The position numbers and the translations under genes were made by a program. This document shows, piece by piece, positions 47,801 through 56,836 of a stretch of DNA of 62,296 nt. The number at the start of each line of letters is the position of its first letter. Position 1 is the stretch's first letter. The stretch is taken from the UHGV virus genome UHGV-1379142. One strand, written 5' to 3'. Below the pieces are notes generated by a model. It was not told where the DNA came from, did no database searches, and saw nothing but the letters and a program-made list of their open reading frames with translations. Source of the stretch: a virus.

Positions 47801-47833
47801 TCCAATTAAATTGTTCAACAAAGGAGAAAAACC

Positions 47834-48364
47834 ATGCACGATAAGCCACAAGGTTATAAGAGGCAAGCAAACGCCTTGAATATCTGTAAGAATCAGGGAC
47901 TTTCCAATCTTTACCAAACAGAACAGGAACCGGCTGTATATAGTCCTGTTTGGAACAAGAACGGGGAAGTTGTTGGCTATAAGGACAACACGGGGAAGTT
48001 TTTAGATTATCGTTCCCTTCCTGTTGACGACATAACCGGCTATCCTATTCTTCCAAGTCTTGCTAACGTGCCATATCTCTTTGCAGAATACGGACAAAAC
48101 AAGTCTATTTCTGGCCGTCATGGTAAGAGGATACAGATTCGGAAAGTTCGCATATCCGAACGCCCTCGTGCCAAGTATCTTACCCAAAACATTGGCGTAG
48201 GTGAGCCTCTTGATAAGCAAGATGGGTACTCTTGCGCTCTGGTAACACTCGACAAGCCGGAAAAGAGGCGCCGTGCTCATAACCGCCATGCCCGCGTGTT
48301 TGTGCATACTAGCGAACAGATAACCGAAACACGGTCTAGCCGTCGTTTCAGAAACGTTGATTAG
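47834..48364 (+). CDS. hypothetical early protein with strongly basic C-terminus
   Basis: AAGGAG RBS; higher-GC block. Confidence 0.45.
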   Translation: MHDKPQGYKRQANALNICKNQGLSNLYQTEQEPAVYSPVWNKNGEVVGYKDNTGKFLDYRSLPVDDITGYPILPSLANVPYLFAEYGQNKSISGRHGKRIQIRKVRISERPRAKYLTQNIGVGEPLDKQDGYSCALVTLDKPEKRRRAHNRHARVFVHTSEQITETRSSRRFRNVD

Positions 48365-48444
48365 TATACAAAAGCCAAGTGTTACGGCTTGGCTTTTCTA
48401 ACTAGGCAACGAATACTAACTTTTAAACATATAGGAGACTTACC

Positions 48445-49350
48445 ATGTCGAATGCTACCGCTACCATCATTGAGCCCATCGCTCCCGTTACGGCTGAAAT
48501 CGCTACCGCTCCCGCTCGTATCACGGACTGGACTGAGGCTGATTTCCGGCTTCAGGTTAACGCCTTTATCCACAGCCAAAAGCTGTTTGTTGAAGGTGTC
48601 ACGAAGTGTACGCTTTACGCCGTGCGTCAGGCCATGATGAACAGCAACAACCAACCGCTGAACTACATTCTTGGCAATCTCTCGGAAAAGCTCCGCCCGG
48701 CGTGGACTTCTTGGCTGTTCTATTTCTCCCCGTTCCAGTTGGCGGGCGGGAAGGACGCTACGTCTATCGCTCTGGACGATGGCACCATCGTTGACCTCAA
48801 GTCTTCCATCAAGTTGTCTGCCAAGCGTTGCGACGAACTTTGCGACACTTTCGAGCTGAACAAGCTCGTTCGTGACAAGGGCGGAAACATCAACGACCCC
48901 GCCGGCATGACCCGGTTGTGTGATGCAGTTCTGGGTTCTCTCCGCGGCGCTCCGCGTTTCGATACGTGGAAGAAGGAAAAGAGCGGCGGACGTGGCGAAA
49001 CTCCGTTGACTGAGGCTGATGTTCAGGCAAAGTACACCAGCATCACCAACAAGCTGAACAAGTTGTTGGAACAGGCAAAGGCGTCTGGCGTCCACAATCC
49101 GCTCAAGTTCCCCGGTATTGAAGTACCTCACGGCTTGGATTACTACATCCAGATGTTGGAAAACGCGGACGAGAACGATATGGACGAAACCACTCTCGCT
49201 AAGGTTCGTCTGCTCAAGGGTGAGGGGCTTCCGTTCCGTTCGCTTCTGAACATGATTTCCTCTTGCGATACCTCTAACCTCTCGGTAGAGGAAGAATTTA
49301 TTTACAACGCCCTGCTGAACGCCGCCGTTGAAAAGGGCATCGAACTGTAA
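48445..49350 (+). CDS. hypothetical early protein
   Basis: AGGAG RBS; ORF track. Confidence 0.45.
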   Translation: MSNATATIIEPIAPVTAEIATAPARITDWTEADFRLQVNAFIHSQKLFVEGVTKCTLYAVRQAMMNSNNQPLNYILGNLSEKLRPAWTSWLFYFSPFQLAGGKDATSIALDDGTIVDLKSSIKLSAKRCDELCDTFELNKLVRDKGGNINDPAGMTRLCDAVLGSLRGAPRFDTWKKEKSGGRGETPLTEADVQAKYTSITNKLNKLLEQAKASGVHNPLKFPGIEVPHGLDYYIQMLENADENDMDETTLAKVRLLKGEGLPFRSLLNMISSCDTSNLSVEEEFIYNALLNAAVEKGIEL

Positions 49351-49401
49351 GTTCACGCTACATAGAAAGCCTAAAGCAAACGTCAACAACAGGATAACAA
49401 C

Positions 49402-49752
49402 ATGGAAAGTTTATCTAAGCGTTTTCGCTCTATGTTCTGTGCCTCTTTTCCCAATCAACCGGAATGGATGGCATACCGTCTTGTGGAAATGCGTGAAAAG
49501 AAACGCCTTTCAAAGACAAACAGAAAGCCTTTCCGCGAAACAGAGATTCCGAAATGGTCAAAGCGCCTATCTCGTGTTCACATAAACTACATTTCAACAA
49601 AACATTGGAGCAACACCCGCGTTGAAAGCGCGTACAAGATTTTCCTTTCTACTTGTGCAGAGCGCAACGAACGGCTTGGGAAACCGCAACGTGTTGTATG
49701 GATTGCCCCTAACACTTGCGTTGAAGCTCGTTCTCTGTACTTTAACATATAG
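49402..49752 (+). CDS. hypothetical basic protein
   Basis: ORF track. Confidence 0.4.
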   Translation: MESLSKRFRSMFCASFPNQPEWMAYRLVEMREKKRLSKTNRKPFRETEIPKWSKRLSRVHINYISTKHWSNTRVESAYKIFLSTCAERNERLGKPQRVVWIAPNTCVEARSLYFNI

Positions 49753-49767
49753 AACATAACAAAGAAG

Positions 49768-49806
49768 CCCCTAAAGTAGCAATACTCTAGGGGCTTTTTC
49801 ATTAAG
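49768..49806 (+). terminator. Intrinsic terminator
   Basis: AGCCCCTA-aagtagcaatact-cTAGGGGCT + TTTTCATT. Confidence 0.55.
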
Positions 49807-49916
49807 TAGGACTATCATAGAAACAGGCATCCATTTTGCTTGTTTCTATTGGTGTTCCTACGAACATCAATTAACCTTAACTGGCAAGGCTAAAACCTTG
49901 AAAGGAAATTGTTTGT

Positions 49917-50066
49917 ATGGAAAAAGAAAGTTATGTTTGCATTCTGTGCCCGCTCTACGGTGTAGGTTGTGACGGTGTTAGTCAAGAGGATATTCCTGTT
50001 GACGATACCAAAGTAGCTAGTGAGCCGTACGAGTTCGAGTTTGAACGGGATTGCTACTCTTTCTAA
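49917..50066 (+). CDS. small Cys-containing protein (49 aa; CxxC ... C ... C)
   Basis: aaagga RBS; MEKESYVCILCPLYGVGCDG ...; below ORF-track cutoff. Confidence 0.25.
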   Translation: MEKESYVCILCPLYGVGCDGVSQEDIPVDDTKVASEPYEFEFERDCYSF

Positions 50067-50129
50067 CATACTTACAAAGGAACCACAACTAATGTGGTTC
50101 CAAATGCAAGTGTGCAAAAGGAGGTTCTC

Positions 50130-50375
50130 GTGAAGAAAATCAAACGGTACATCGCTACGCTTGTATATCCGTCAAACCGAACAGTACATAGATTCGCTAG
50201 GCGGATTGATGCTGTAAACTTTTTACGTGACCAATGCAAGAATAACTTACAAGTACCTTTGTACATTATTCTTGAACGAGAAGAAGTTTACAACTCCTTA
50301 CTTCAACCTTTTAAGATTAAAGCTCACGTCAATCCTATGACGCGACGAATCTTATGGAGAGATTACAATGCTTGA
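50130..50375 (+). CDS. hypothetical protein (GTG start after AAGGAGG)
   Basis: aaAAGGAGGttctc-GTG; ORF track begins at 50094. Confidence 0.35.
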   Translation: MKKIKRYIATLVYPSNRTVHRFARRIDAVNFLRDQCKNNLQVPLYIILEREEVYNSLLQPFKIKAHVNPMTRRILWRDYNA

Positions 50376-50478
50376 AATCCTGCTTCTCATTGCTGTATCG
50401 TTTGCTCTTGGCATGTGTACCATGTACTTGTGGCAAGAACATACCAACAAACGCAACACCTACAGGAGTAAGCCATGA
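50368..50478 (+). CDS. 36-aa single-TM peptide
   Basis: MLEILLLIAVSFALGMCTMYLW ...; stop overlaps next start (ATGA). Confidence 0.25.
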   Translation: MLEILLLIAVSFALGMCTMYLWQEHTNKRNTYRSKP

Positions 50479-50666
50479 TTAAGAACTCCATGCGAAAGGT
50501 GCTTGACTGGTTGTGTCTCACAGAAACAGGGAAGATCATTCTTTTCTTTGTTCTGTTTCTGCTGATGTTCCTTTGTGGATGCGCAAAACAAAACTCTGAT
50601 TCGGTGCTCACGAGTGTAGTTTTGCCTGAGCTAGAGATGGTCATACAACATTCCCTTGGATACTAA
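50475..50666 (+). CDS. small membrane/lipoprotein-like protein (hydrophobic segment followed by CGC)
   Basis: IILFFVLFLLMFLCGCAKQN. Confidence 0.35.
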   Translation: MIKNSMRKVLDWLCLTETGKIILFFVLFLLMFLCGCAKQNSDSVLTSVVLPELEMVIQHSLGY

Positions 50667-50961
50667 AATGAAACACATTTGCTTGTATCTTGTGGCTATG
50701 TTGTGCATCGGCTACGTATCCGCTATGGATGTTAACGCGGAGACGGTAAGGGATTTCAACGATCCTGAAGGGAAGATGTTTGAAGACTACAGATACTTCC
50801 CACCTGCTCTTATCGCGCACGCCAAAAAGATATTCGAGGCAGGCGCGTTTAAAGATACAGAACTTTACCTTTTTATCAAGGAGGAATACGGATTCCAAGC
50901 GGCAGAAGACTTTCGTATGTGGTGGATTCGTTCTGAAATCATGAAGCATAACGGTTATTAA
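50656..50961 (+). CDS. small secreted/periplasmic protein (signal peptide MKHICLYLVAMLCIGYVSA)
   Basis: N-terminal signal-like segment. Confidence 0.4.
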   Translation: MDTKMKHICLYLVAMLCIGYVSAMDVNAETVRDFNDPEGKMFEDYRYFPPALIAHAKKIFEAGAFKDTELYLFIKEEYGFQAAEDFRMWWIRSEIMKHNGY

Positions 50962-50972
50962 TGGTGTAGTCT

Positions 50973-51221
50973 ATGAATATCGAACTCGCTAGAGAAGACT
51001 ACGGTGAAGGCAACTACGTATCTCTTGTCCTCAATTATCAGGACGACAAAAGGAGATACCTTATTTTCACTCACTATACGGATAAGGCTACCGTTCCCCT
51101 CATTCTTGAATACGAACTCAAGAAAGTTCTTCGCAAGTACGAACAGATTTGCTATCTGTTTAGCAACGTGTGCAGAGCACTTAACGATTTGACCCAAGCC
51201 TTGACCACCACTGAAGACTGA
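50973..51221 (+). CDS. hypothetical protein
   Basis: ORF track. Confidence 0.35.
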   Translation: MNIELAREDYGEGNYVSLVLNYQDDKRRYLIFTHYTDKATVPLILEYELKKVLRKYEQICYLFSNVCRALNDLTQALTTTED

Positions 51222-51274
51222 GCCACGGAGAAAGCCTGAATCCTTCAGGCATCTACATACAAAGGACATTAAAC

Positions 51275-51460
51275 ATGGGGGTTGAAGACGTAAAAAGTAT
51301 CTTCTCGTACATGCTCCAGTCTGGCCTCTGTGATGAGAAGGACTGGCCTCATGCAAAGGAACTCGTTCGTGATTGGTTAAACATTTATAAAGAAACCTTA
51401 GCTCAAGAAGGAGAGTATTTCTATGGCGATAATCAAATCGTTAGGGTCGTCTGCTCTTGA
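51275..51460 (+). CDS. hypothetical protein
   Basis: ORF track. Confidence 0.3.
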   Translation: MGVEDVKSIFSYMLQSGLCDEKDWPHAKELVRDWLNIYKETLAQEGEYFYGDNQIVRVVCS

Positions 51461-51845
51461 TGCGGACATTGTGAATTTCTTTGCAGAAATCACAGAGTTC
51501 TACGGACATGGGAGTCCGCAAGCCCGTATCGTTGACAGGATTCAGCGCAAACTTGGCGTTGTTCAGGTCGGCGATAAGTATGACCGGCTGTGCCCGACAT
51601 GCAAATGTCCGTTGTGTGGTAAGACCAGAGCGCAAGCCGCCGCTCTTGCCAGACAAAGGCAGGAACGTGGACGCCAGAAATGGTTGCAACGTAAAGGAGC
51701 CGCAGGCATCGAGCTGTCTCAGCCTACGTCCGACTTCGATGACGAACTTCCGTCTGGCAAAGGGTTCTCTGTTCTCGACATTGAACAGGCAACCCAACGC
51801 GCTGACGAATACAAAGCACGGCAAGACTACAACGTGAGCAAGTAG
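51423..51845 (+). CDS. zinc-ribbon protein with basic/coiled C-terminal region
   Basis: CPTCKCPLCGK. Confidence 0.4.
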   Translation: MAIIKSLGSSALDADIVNFFAEITEFYGHGSPQARIVDRIQRKLGVVQVGDKYDRLCPTCKCPLCGKTRAQAAALARQRQERGRQKWLQRKGAAGIELSQPTSDFDDELPSGKGFSVLDIEQATQRADEYKARQDYNVSK

Positions 51846-51907
51846 CCAACCAAAAGGTTACACTCAATATACACAACCACAAACATTATAACAAAAGAGG
51901 TACTACT

Positions 51908-52930
51908 ATGTCCATGCGTGATGTTTTCTCCAAGGTTCTTGATTCCACCGCCGAAGCTACCAAACTGAATGCCGCCCGCATCGTGGGCCGTGTGTCCACC
52001 GAAGCTCTGTTCTCCGATCCCAACACCATGAACTCCGTTCTGTCCGCCGGTGCTGTTCTCAGCATGGCGTCCCTCTCTGATCCCGAATCCAAGCACGGCC
52101 AGCTTCTGCATTACCTCGGCCTCGGCATGGCGCTGTATGCCAGCGACGAACTGCTTCGTCTGTGCGATGAAGCCAAGGTCTTCCAGCTTCCTGAAAGTGC
52201 CAAGGAAGAATACGAGGCGGCCTTGGAAGAAACCTTCAAGTCTTCCCCTCTGGAAGAACTGGTGAAGCCCATCAAAGAAGGCGAAAAGAAAAAGGTTCGC
52301 TTCTCGACGCAGGCCAAGCCTGCCGGTGTCACTGCCAACGCCATCGACAACCCGAACAAAACGGTGGAAGCTGAAGTCACCACTGACACTCCCACAACTG
52401 TGAAGGTTGGCCCCGAAGTTGCTACCCCGGTTCTGATTCCGGGTTCCGTGAAGGCCAAGGAAGAAGCTCCGGTGTTGAAGTGCGCCTTTGAAGGATGCGG
52501 TCAGGTTCTTCGTAAGGCTGCCGAGAAGAAGCCCTTCCATCTTCCGAAGGACGCTGACACCCAGCCCTTCATCACGGATTCCGAAAAGGTTCTCGAAGGT
52601 TCCTACCTGTGCAAGTTCCATCGCAATGTGGTGCTCACGGGTATCCAGAAGAGGAAGAACGAAGCCCGTACCAACAAGGTACGCCTCGAACGTCTGGAAC
52701 ATGCGACCGAAGAACTGACCAACATCACCGCTGAGATTCGCGAAGCGGAACGTGCGATGGCGGCTTCCGAAAAGTCGGCGGCCAAGATCACTGACCCTCT
52801 GCTCAAGGAAGGTGTTCAGAAGACCTTGGAAACCAAGCGCAACAGCATCCAGAATCTGCGCAAGAAGCAGATCGTGTTGCAGAACACTTGCAAGCAGCTC
52901 GAAACGGAACTGGCCAAGGCCACCGCGTAA
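51908..52930 (+). CDS. hypothetical early protein (340 aa), GC-rich
   Basis: ORF track; AGAGG RBS. Confidence 0.45.
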   Translation: MSMRDVFSKVLDSTAEATKLNAARIVGRVSTEALFSDPNTMNSVLSAGAVLSMASLSDPESKHGQLLHYLGLGMALYASDELLRLCDEAKVFQLPESAKEEYEAALEETFKSSPLEELVKPIKEGEKKKVRFSTQAKPAGVTANAIDNPNKTVEAEVTTDTPTTVKVGPEVATPVLIPGSVKAKEEAPVLKCAFEGCGQVLRKAAEKKPFHLPKDADTQPFITDSEKVLEGSYLCKFHRNVVLTGIQKRKNEARTNKVRLERLEHATEELTNITAEIREAERAMAASEKSAAKITDPLLKEGVQKTLETKRNSIQNLRKKQIVLQNTCKQLETELAKATA

Positions 52931-52959
52931 ATTAAAACTTTCAAAACAGAGAGGAACAC

Positions 52960-53454
52960 ATGAACAAAGACCCCAACATCGTAGCGGATGAAGTCCGGGA
53001 ACCTGTCGGACTTGGTTCCAAAATCATGGGCATGGCACGGTCTGTTACGTCGTCGCCGACGATGCACAGACAGATAAACGCAACGAAACAAGCCGGTGTT
53101 ATCATTACCAAACTGGCCGCAGGGCGGTTGGTTCTGAACAACATTACCGAAGTTGCCGCCAAGGGTTTGCCCTTCGGCATGGGGATGTACATCAAAGCCA
53201 ACCCGCTGAACGAAGCTCTGTTCAAATTCAGCATGGCTCAGGCCCTTGCCATCATGGGCGGGGCGTTCATCTCCAATCTTTCGGACGATGACCCCAGAGC
53301 TGGCTACTTTCTGACGGCTATCGACGCGGCCACCTTGGCGTCTGTCGATGCCTTGCGTGAAGCCTCTGGAATCGAGGACTTCATCATGGAGAAAATCCTC
53401 ACCAAGGATGTGCTTGACAAGATCAAGCCGCTCGTGAACAAGAATCCCATGTAA
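52960..53454 (+). CDS. hypothetical protein
   Basis: GAGAGGAACAC RBS. Confidence 0.45.
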   Translation: MNKDPNIVADEVREPVGLGSKIMGMARSVTSSPTMHRQINATKQAGVIITKLAAGRLVLNNITEVAAKGLPFGMGMYIKANPLNEALFKFSMAQALAIMGGAFISNLSDDDPRAGYFLTAIDAATLASVDALREASGIEDFIMEKILTKDVLDKIKPLVNKNPM

Positions 53455-53460
53455 CCTACA

Positions 53461-53490
53461 CCAAGGGGGAACTTCGGTTCCCCTTTCTAA
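53461..53490 (+). terminator. Intrinsic terminator
   Basis: aaGGGGGAAC-ttcg-GTTCCCCtttct. Confidence 0.6.
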
Positions 53491-53897
53491 CTAGGTTGCA
53501 AGTGAAAGGAGTCAGGCAGTCACTGTCGTGTACATGAGAGCAAGCGTAATTGGTAGATTACAGCCTCCGCACAAGGTCAGCTCCACCGAACAAGCATACT
53601 TAGAGCGGCTAGATGAACACGTTGTTTAGGTAATCATTGTGCAAACTTGTGTATCAGAGAGAGGTATAGAATCCTCGATGGCTGCTGATACTGTGCTCGA
53701 TGTCGGCACATCAAAACAAACTACGGATACACAACGGTGGTATAAGAGGCAAACACACGCTAGTGGATGACGCAAGCAACATTAGTACCGACTAGCCATG
53801 TCGCGAAGTACGTTGCTGAATTGGCAGGTAAGATAGTCTAGTGTTTGTGCATCATGTCCTTCAAAAGATCAACTCTCTGACTACATAGGAGCCAGAT

Positions 53898-54305
53898 ATG
53901 TTTGATGTACTAGGAGAACTCATGGTGTCCAGCTATGCAGTACAACGAGTATGTCTGCATACTGGTATCGTGTTGGTCGGAACGGCGGGAACTGTCTTTA
54001 CTCTAGCACGCATAAGAGAGTATAAGCATTGTCGTCGTTTGTTGACGGAGGAAATCAACGAGCTGTACTCAGTGAGTTTACTTCGTCGTGGATTCTTGTT
54101 CACAACGAGGACGAGTTTAGTGATGGCTCGTCTCATTGAGACGATGGCTACAACTAGGAGTAGATGGTATGTCTTACACCTCGTTGTTCGGTCACTTAGA
54201 AGAACCCCCGTAAAAGAACTATTGCTAGACGCAATGCATGTGAACACGGTGCATCCGTTGTCTGGACTTGAATGGATTAAAGCGTTGTTTACGTCTGCGT
54301 TCTAG
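53898..54305 (+). CDS. hypothetical protein
   Basis: AGGAG RBS; followed by hairpin GGACTGAG ... CTCAGTCC at 54322-54358. Confidence 0.4.
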   Translation: MFDVLGELMVSSYAVQRVCLHTGIVLVGTAGTVFTLARIREYKHCRRLLTEEINELYSVSLLRRGFLFTTRTSLVMARLIETMATTRSRWYVLHLVVRSLRRTPVKELLLDAMHVNTVHPLSGLEWIKALFTSAF

Positions 54306-54430
54306 CCACCTTCCTTTTCCATACTAACTACTCGGACTGAGGCTGGTTATCTCATGGCTGGTCTCAGTCCGTTTACTTCAACACCATGTTGTAAGTAGTT
54401 GAAATCATTGAACTTTTTAAAGGAAACAAT

Positions 54431-54715
54431 ATGACTACGTACAAAGACAAACTTCACTCTTGGTCTACTCGTGATCTTCTTGGGCCGCGTAAGACCAACA
54501 GCAAACCTCAGTTGTCTGAGGAAGAGGTTGAGGAATGGATGAAAAAGAACCATGAAAATCTTATCACTTGCCCTCGCGCCAAAGCAAAAGTTCTCATGCA
54601 GAACTGCGGACACATGCGTATCTGCTACCAGCAGACTGACTGCATGTTCATTTGCCCCGAAGATTACGACCCCATCCTTAAGAGGTCGGTACGGTGTGAG
54701 TCATCCTTTGGGTAA
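54431..54715 (+). CDS. Cys-rich small protein
   Basis: CPRAK ... CGHMRICYQQTDCMFICPEDY. Confidence 0.4.
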   Translation: MTTYKDKLHSWSTRDLLGPRKTNSKPQLSEEEVEEWMKKNHENLITCPRAKAKVLMQNCGHMRICYQQTDCMFICPEDYDPILKRSVRCESSFG

Positions 54716-54793
54716 AGAGAAAGTGTGGCAGGTGTAGAGGCAGGGAGTGGTTCCTTGTCTCTTTCCTGTCACACTTTTACAAAGGAGAACATC

Positions 54794-54943
54794 ATGTTCC
54801 GTTTTGTCAAACCCATTCTTTATGCGGCGATTGCCCTCGTCTCCGGCACCTTTGCTTACAAGGAAGGCAAAGAGGCCATGTTCCCCACGCCGTCTTCCGA
54901 ACAGACGGTTGATGTGAAGCCCACCGAGGACAAGAACAATTAA
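54794..54943 (+). CDS. small single-TM protein (50 aa)
   Basis: AAAGGAG RBS; ILYAAIALVSGTFAY. Confidence 0.3.
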   Translation: MFRFVKPILYAAIALVSGTFAYKEGKEAMFPTPSSEQTVDVKPTEDKNN

Positions 54944-54964
54944 CCTTTAATCGGAGAAGTTGTC

Positions 54965-55372
54965 ATGGTAGAACAAGATGCTCTTGACATCTTATGTGAA
55001 GTCTTCGATGATAGGATCGAGGATGTCATGTCTAACCGTGACAACCTCTCCTATACTTTGTATGACGAAGATGGCTACCCTGTGGGTGCTGCTATCTATG
55101 AAGAGTACAAGGATGGCGACAACGTCAGATATGTATACGTCTTCTGGATTGGGGTGCGCTACCGTGGTGTAGGTATCGGAGGACAGATACTTAACACCCT
55201 GCACCAGCAGTACCCAAACCACTGGTTTGCTTTGAGCACACTCAAGTCAAACACTAATGCCATCAAGTTCTACCAACACCACGGGTATACGATTACTGGA
55301 GATCTACCCGGATGTCCTACATTCTACCACCTCCAGAGAAAACCTGAAAAGGAGTTCACCCATGAGCGGTGA
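54965..55372 (+). CDS. GNAT-family N-acetyltransferase
   Basis: Motif A VRYRGVGIGGQIL, motif B NAIKFYQHHGY. Confidence 0.6.
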   Translation: MVEQDALDILCEVFDDRIEDVMSNRDNLSYTLYDEDGYPVGAAIYEEYKDGDNVRYVYVFWIGVRYRGVGIGGQILNTLHQQYPNHWFALSTLKSNTNAIKFYQHHGYTITGDLPGCPTFYHLQRKPEKEFTHER

Positions 55373-55934
55373 TCAGAATCAGAATCAGCAACAGCAGCAG
55401 AAACAAAAGGGTGGTAACCAGAACGGGTCGAAAGAAGGCATCACCATTGCCACCAGTGTGAATCCGTCCCAGTCTGGTACCCTCGGTCAGCAGGTTCAGG
55501 GCGCCATCGTTACCGGTATCGGCGGTGCGATTGCTGCCTTGGCGTGCGCCGGTGTGCAGAAAGGATTCGACTGGCTGGTTGGGAAATGGACTGGTCGCAA
55601 GGTTCGTCCGGTGTTCAATATTGATCCTGCTGGCCCCGTTAAAGCGACGGGGAACATCATGCAGGAACTTCATTCCGTCGCTGGAACCAACCCCGAAGAA
55701 GCCAAGCGTGCCATTCAGTCCGTTGCCAAACGGCTGGGTATGCAGCTTGAACAGCCTGCTCCTGCTGCGCCTGCCCCGGTCACTGTTGATGCCGGGGTTG
55801 TGGAGATGACTCCTCCGGTCGCTCCCACCCCCACTCCTGTTCCGGTGGTTGAGGTTCCCAAACCTGTGGAACCTGCTCCGGTTGCTGAAGCTCCCAAGAA
55901 ACAGCAGCCTCAGAATAAAGGCGGCAAGAAGTAA
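55352..55934 (+). CDS. membrane-associated Pro/Ala-rich protein (Q-rich N-terminus, one TM, PAPA-rich tail)
   Basis: AAGGAG RBS before ATG 55352; GAIVTGIGGAIAALACAGV. Confidence 0.4.
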
Positions 55935-56057
55935 TGACATACTGGCAGGCTCTTGGGAAATGCGTGGCCAGTATGTTCTACTTCGGACTCGCTGGCATCT
56001 ATGCTTACATGGGTGTGAAGCGAGTTCGTGAAGCTGAACAGTACGAAGAACGCTAAC
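55935..56057 (+). CDS. 40-aa single-TM peptide
   Basis: TAATG coupling; ASMFYFGLAGIYAYMGV. Confidence 0.25.
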
Positions 56058-56067
56058 CTCTAACACA

Positions 56068-56175
56068 TAGCAGAATACAGATCCTATCTTAGTAGGTATA
56101 GGGGATGCAGTGTGTGAGTCGTACCCATGTGGGATTGGCCTGCATGTAGGACGTGGTTCTGTATTCTGCTATGCA
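56068..56175 (+). promoter_or_regulatory. Large perfect 16-bp inverted repeat (CATAGCAGAATACAGA / TCTGTATTCTGCTATG) enclosing ~70-nt loop with internal hairpins; candidate RNase III processing site or structured regulatory RNA
   Basis: Read directly; no T-tract after the 3' arm; further hairpins CTAGAG/CTCTAG and GCTTAAGC follow up to 56300. Confidence 0.35.
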
Positions 56176-56305
56176 ACTAGAGATTAGAACAACGGGCTAA
56201 CTCTAGCGTTGCCATTCAGTACGGGTGTAGATGATTAGCTTAAGCGTATGCTAACATGTGCATTGCTTTGTACTAACAACTGTCTAGTTTTCAGAGGGTA
56301 TACTT

Positions 56306-56785
56306 ATGTGTAATTGTGCTTGCTTTGCTACCACCTCCATTGTCGTTCCCGCTCCTGTTAAGTCCAGCGTTTCTCGTGGTGCTCTGCTCATGGCTACGAC
56401 TGGTGAACACGTCGGTGATATGTACATGCTGGTTCGTGAGACCGATGGTGTGTACGCAAAGGACGCTGCCGGTAACGACATTGGCGGTGCCAAGTATCTG
56501 TACAACCTTGTAAACCTTACCAACGAAGGCAAGACTCGTGTGTCTCGTCCTTCCCGTAAGCTGATCTGGGGTAGTCAGGAGGTTCCTCTGTCTGTCCTCA
56601 AGGCGCATTTCGGTTTTGGTATGGATGTACTCGCTGACAACATCAGTGAAGTCTCGGACGTGATGAACCTTGTGAAGAACACCCTTCTTGTGAAGGCCGC
56701 TCAGAACCAAGTCATCACGCTCCCCGTTGGCCATAAGACTAAGAACTACATCGACATGCTCGGTGCTCTTGGCGGCCTGATGTAA
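56306..56785 (+). CDS. hypothetical protein
   Basis: ORF track. Confidence 0.45.
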   Translation: MCNCACFATTSIVVPAPVKSSVSRGALLMATTGEHVGDMYMLVRETDGVYAKDAAGNDIGGAKYLYNLVNLTNEGKTRVSRPSRKLIWGSQEVPLSVLKAHFGFGMDVLADNISEVSDVMNLVKNTLLVKAAQNQVITLPVGHKTKNYIDMLGALGGLM

Positions 56786-56836
56786 TCTTTAACTCGTAGC
56801 CCATACGTACCAAACGAAACGGTGGGAGTAGATTGA

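Noticed and set aside
45744-47833. CRISPR array or retron msr/msd in the ORF-free region
   Set aside because: Repeats are not regularly spaced equal-length units; no cas genes or reverse transcriptase anywhere in the window.
53520-53890. Possible small gene or tRNA in the 400-nt gap after terminator 53461
   Set aside because: Only a 30-codon ORF with no RBS; no tRNA-like cloverleaf found by eye. Left unannotated.
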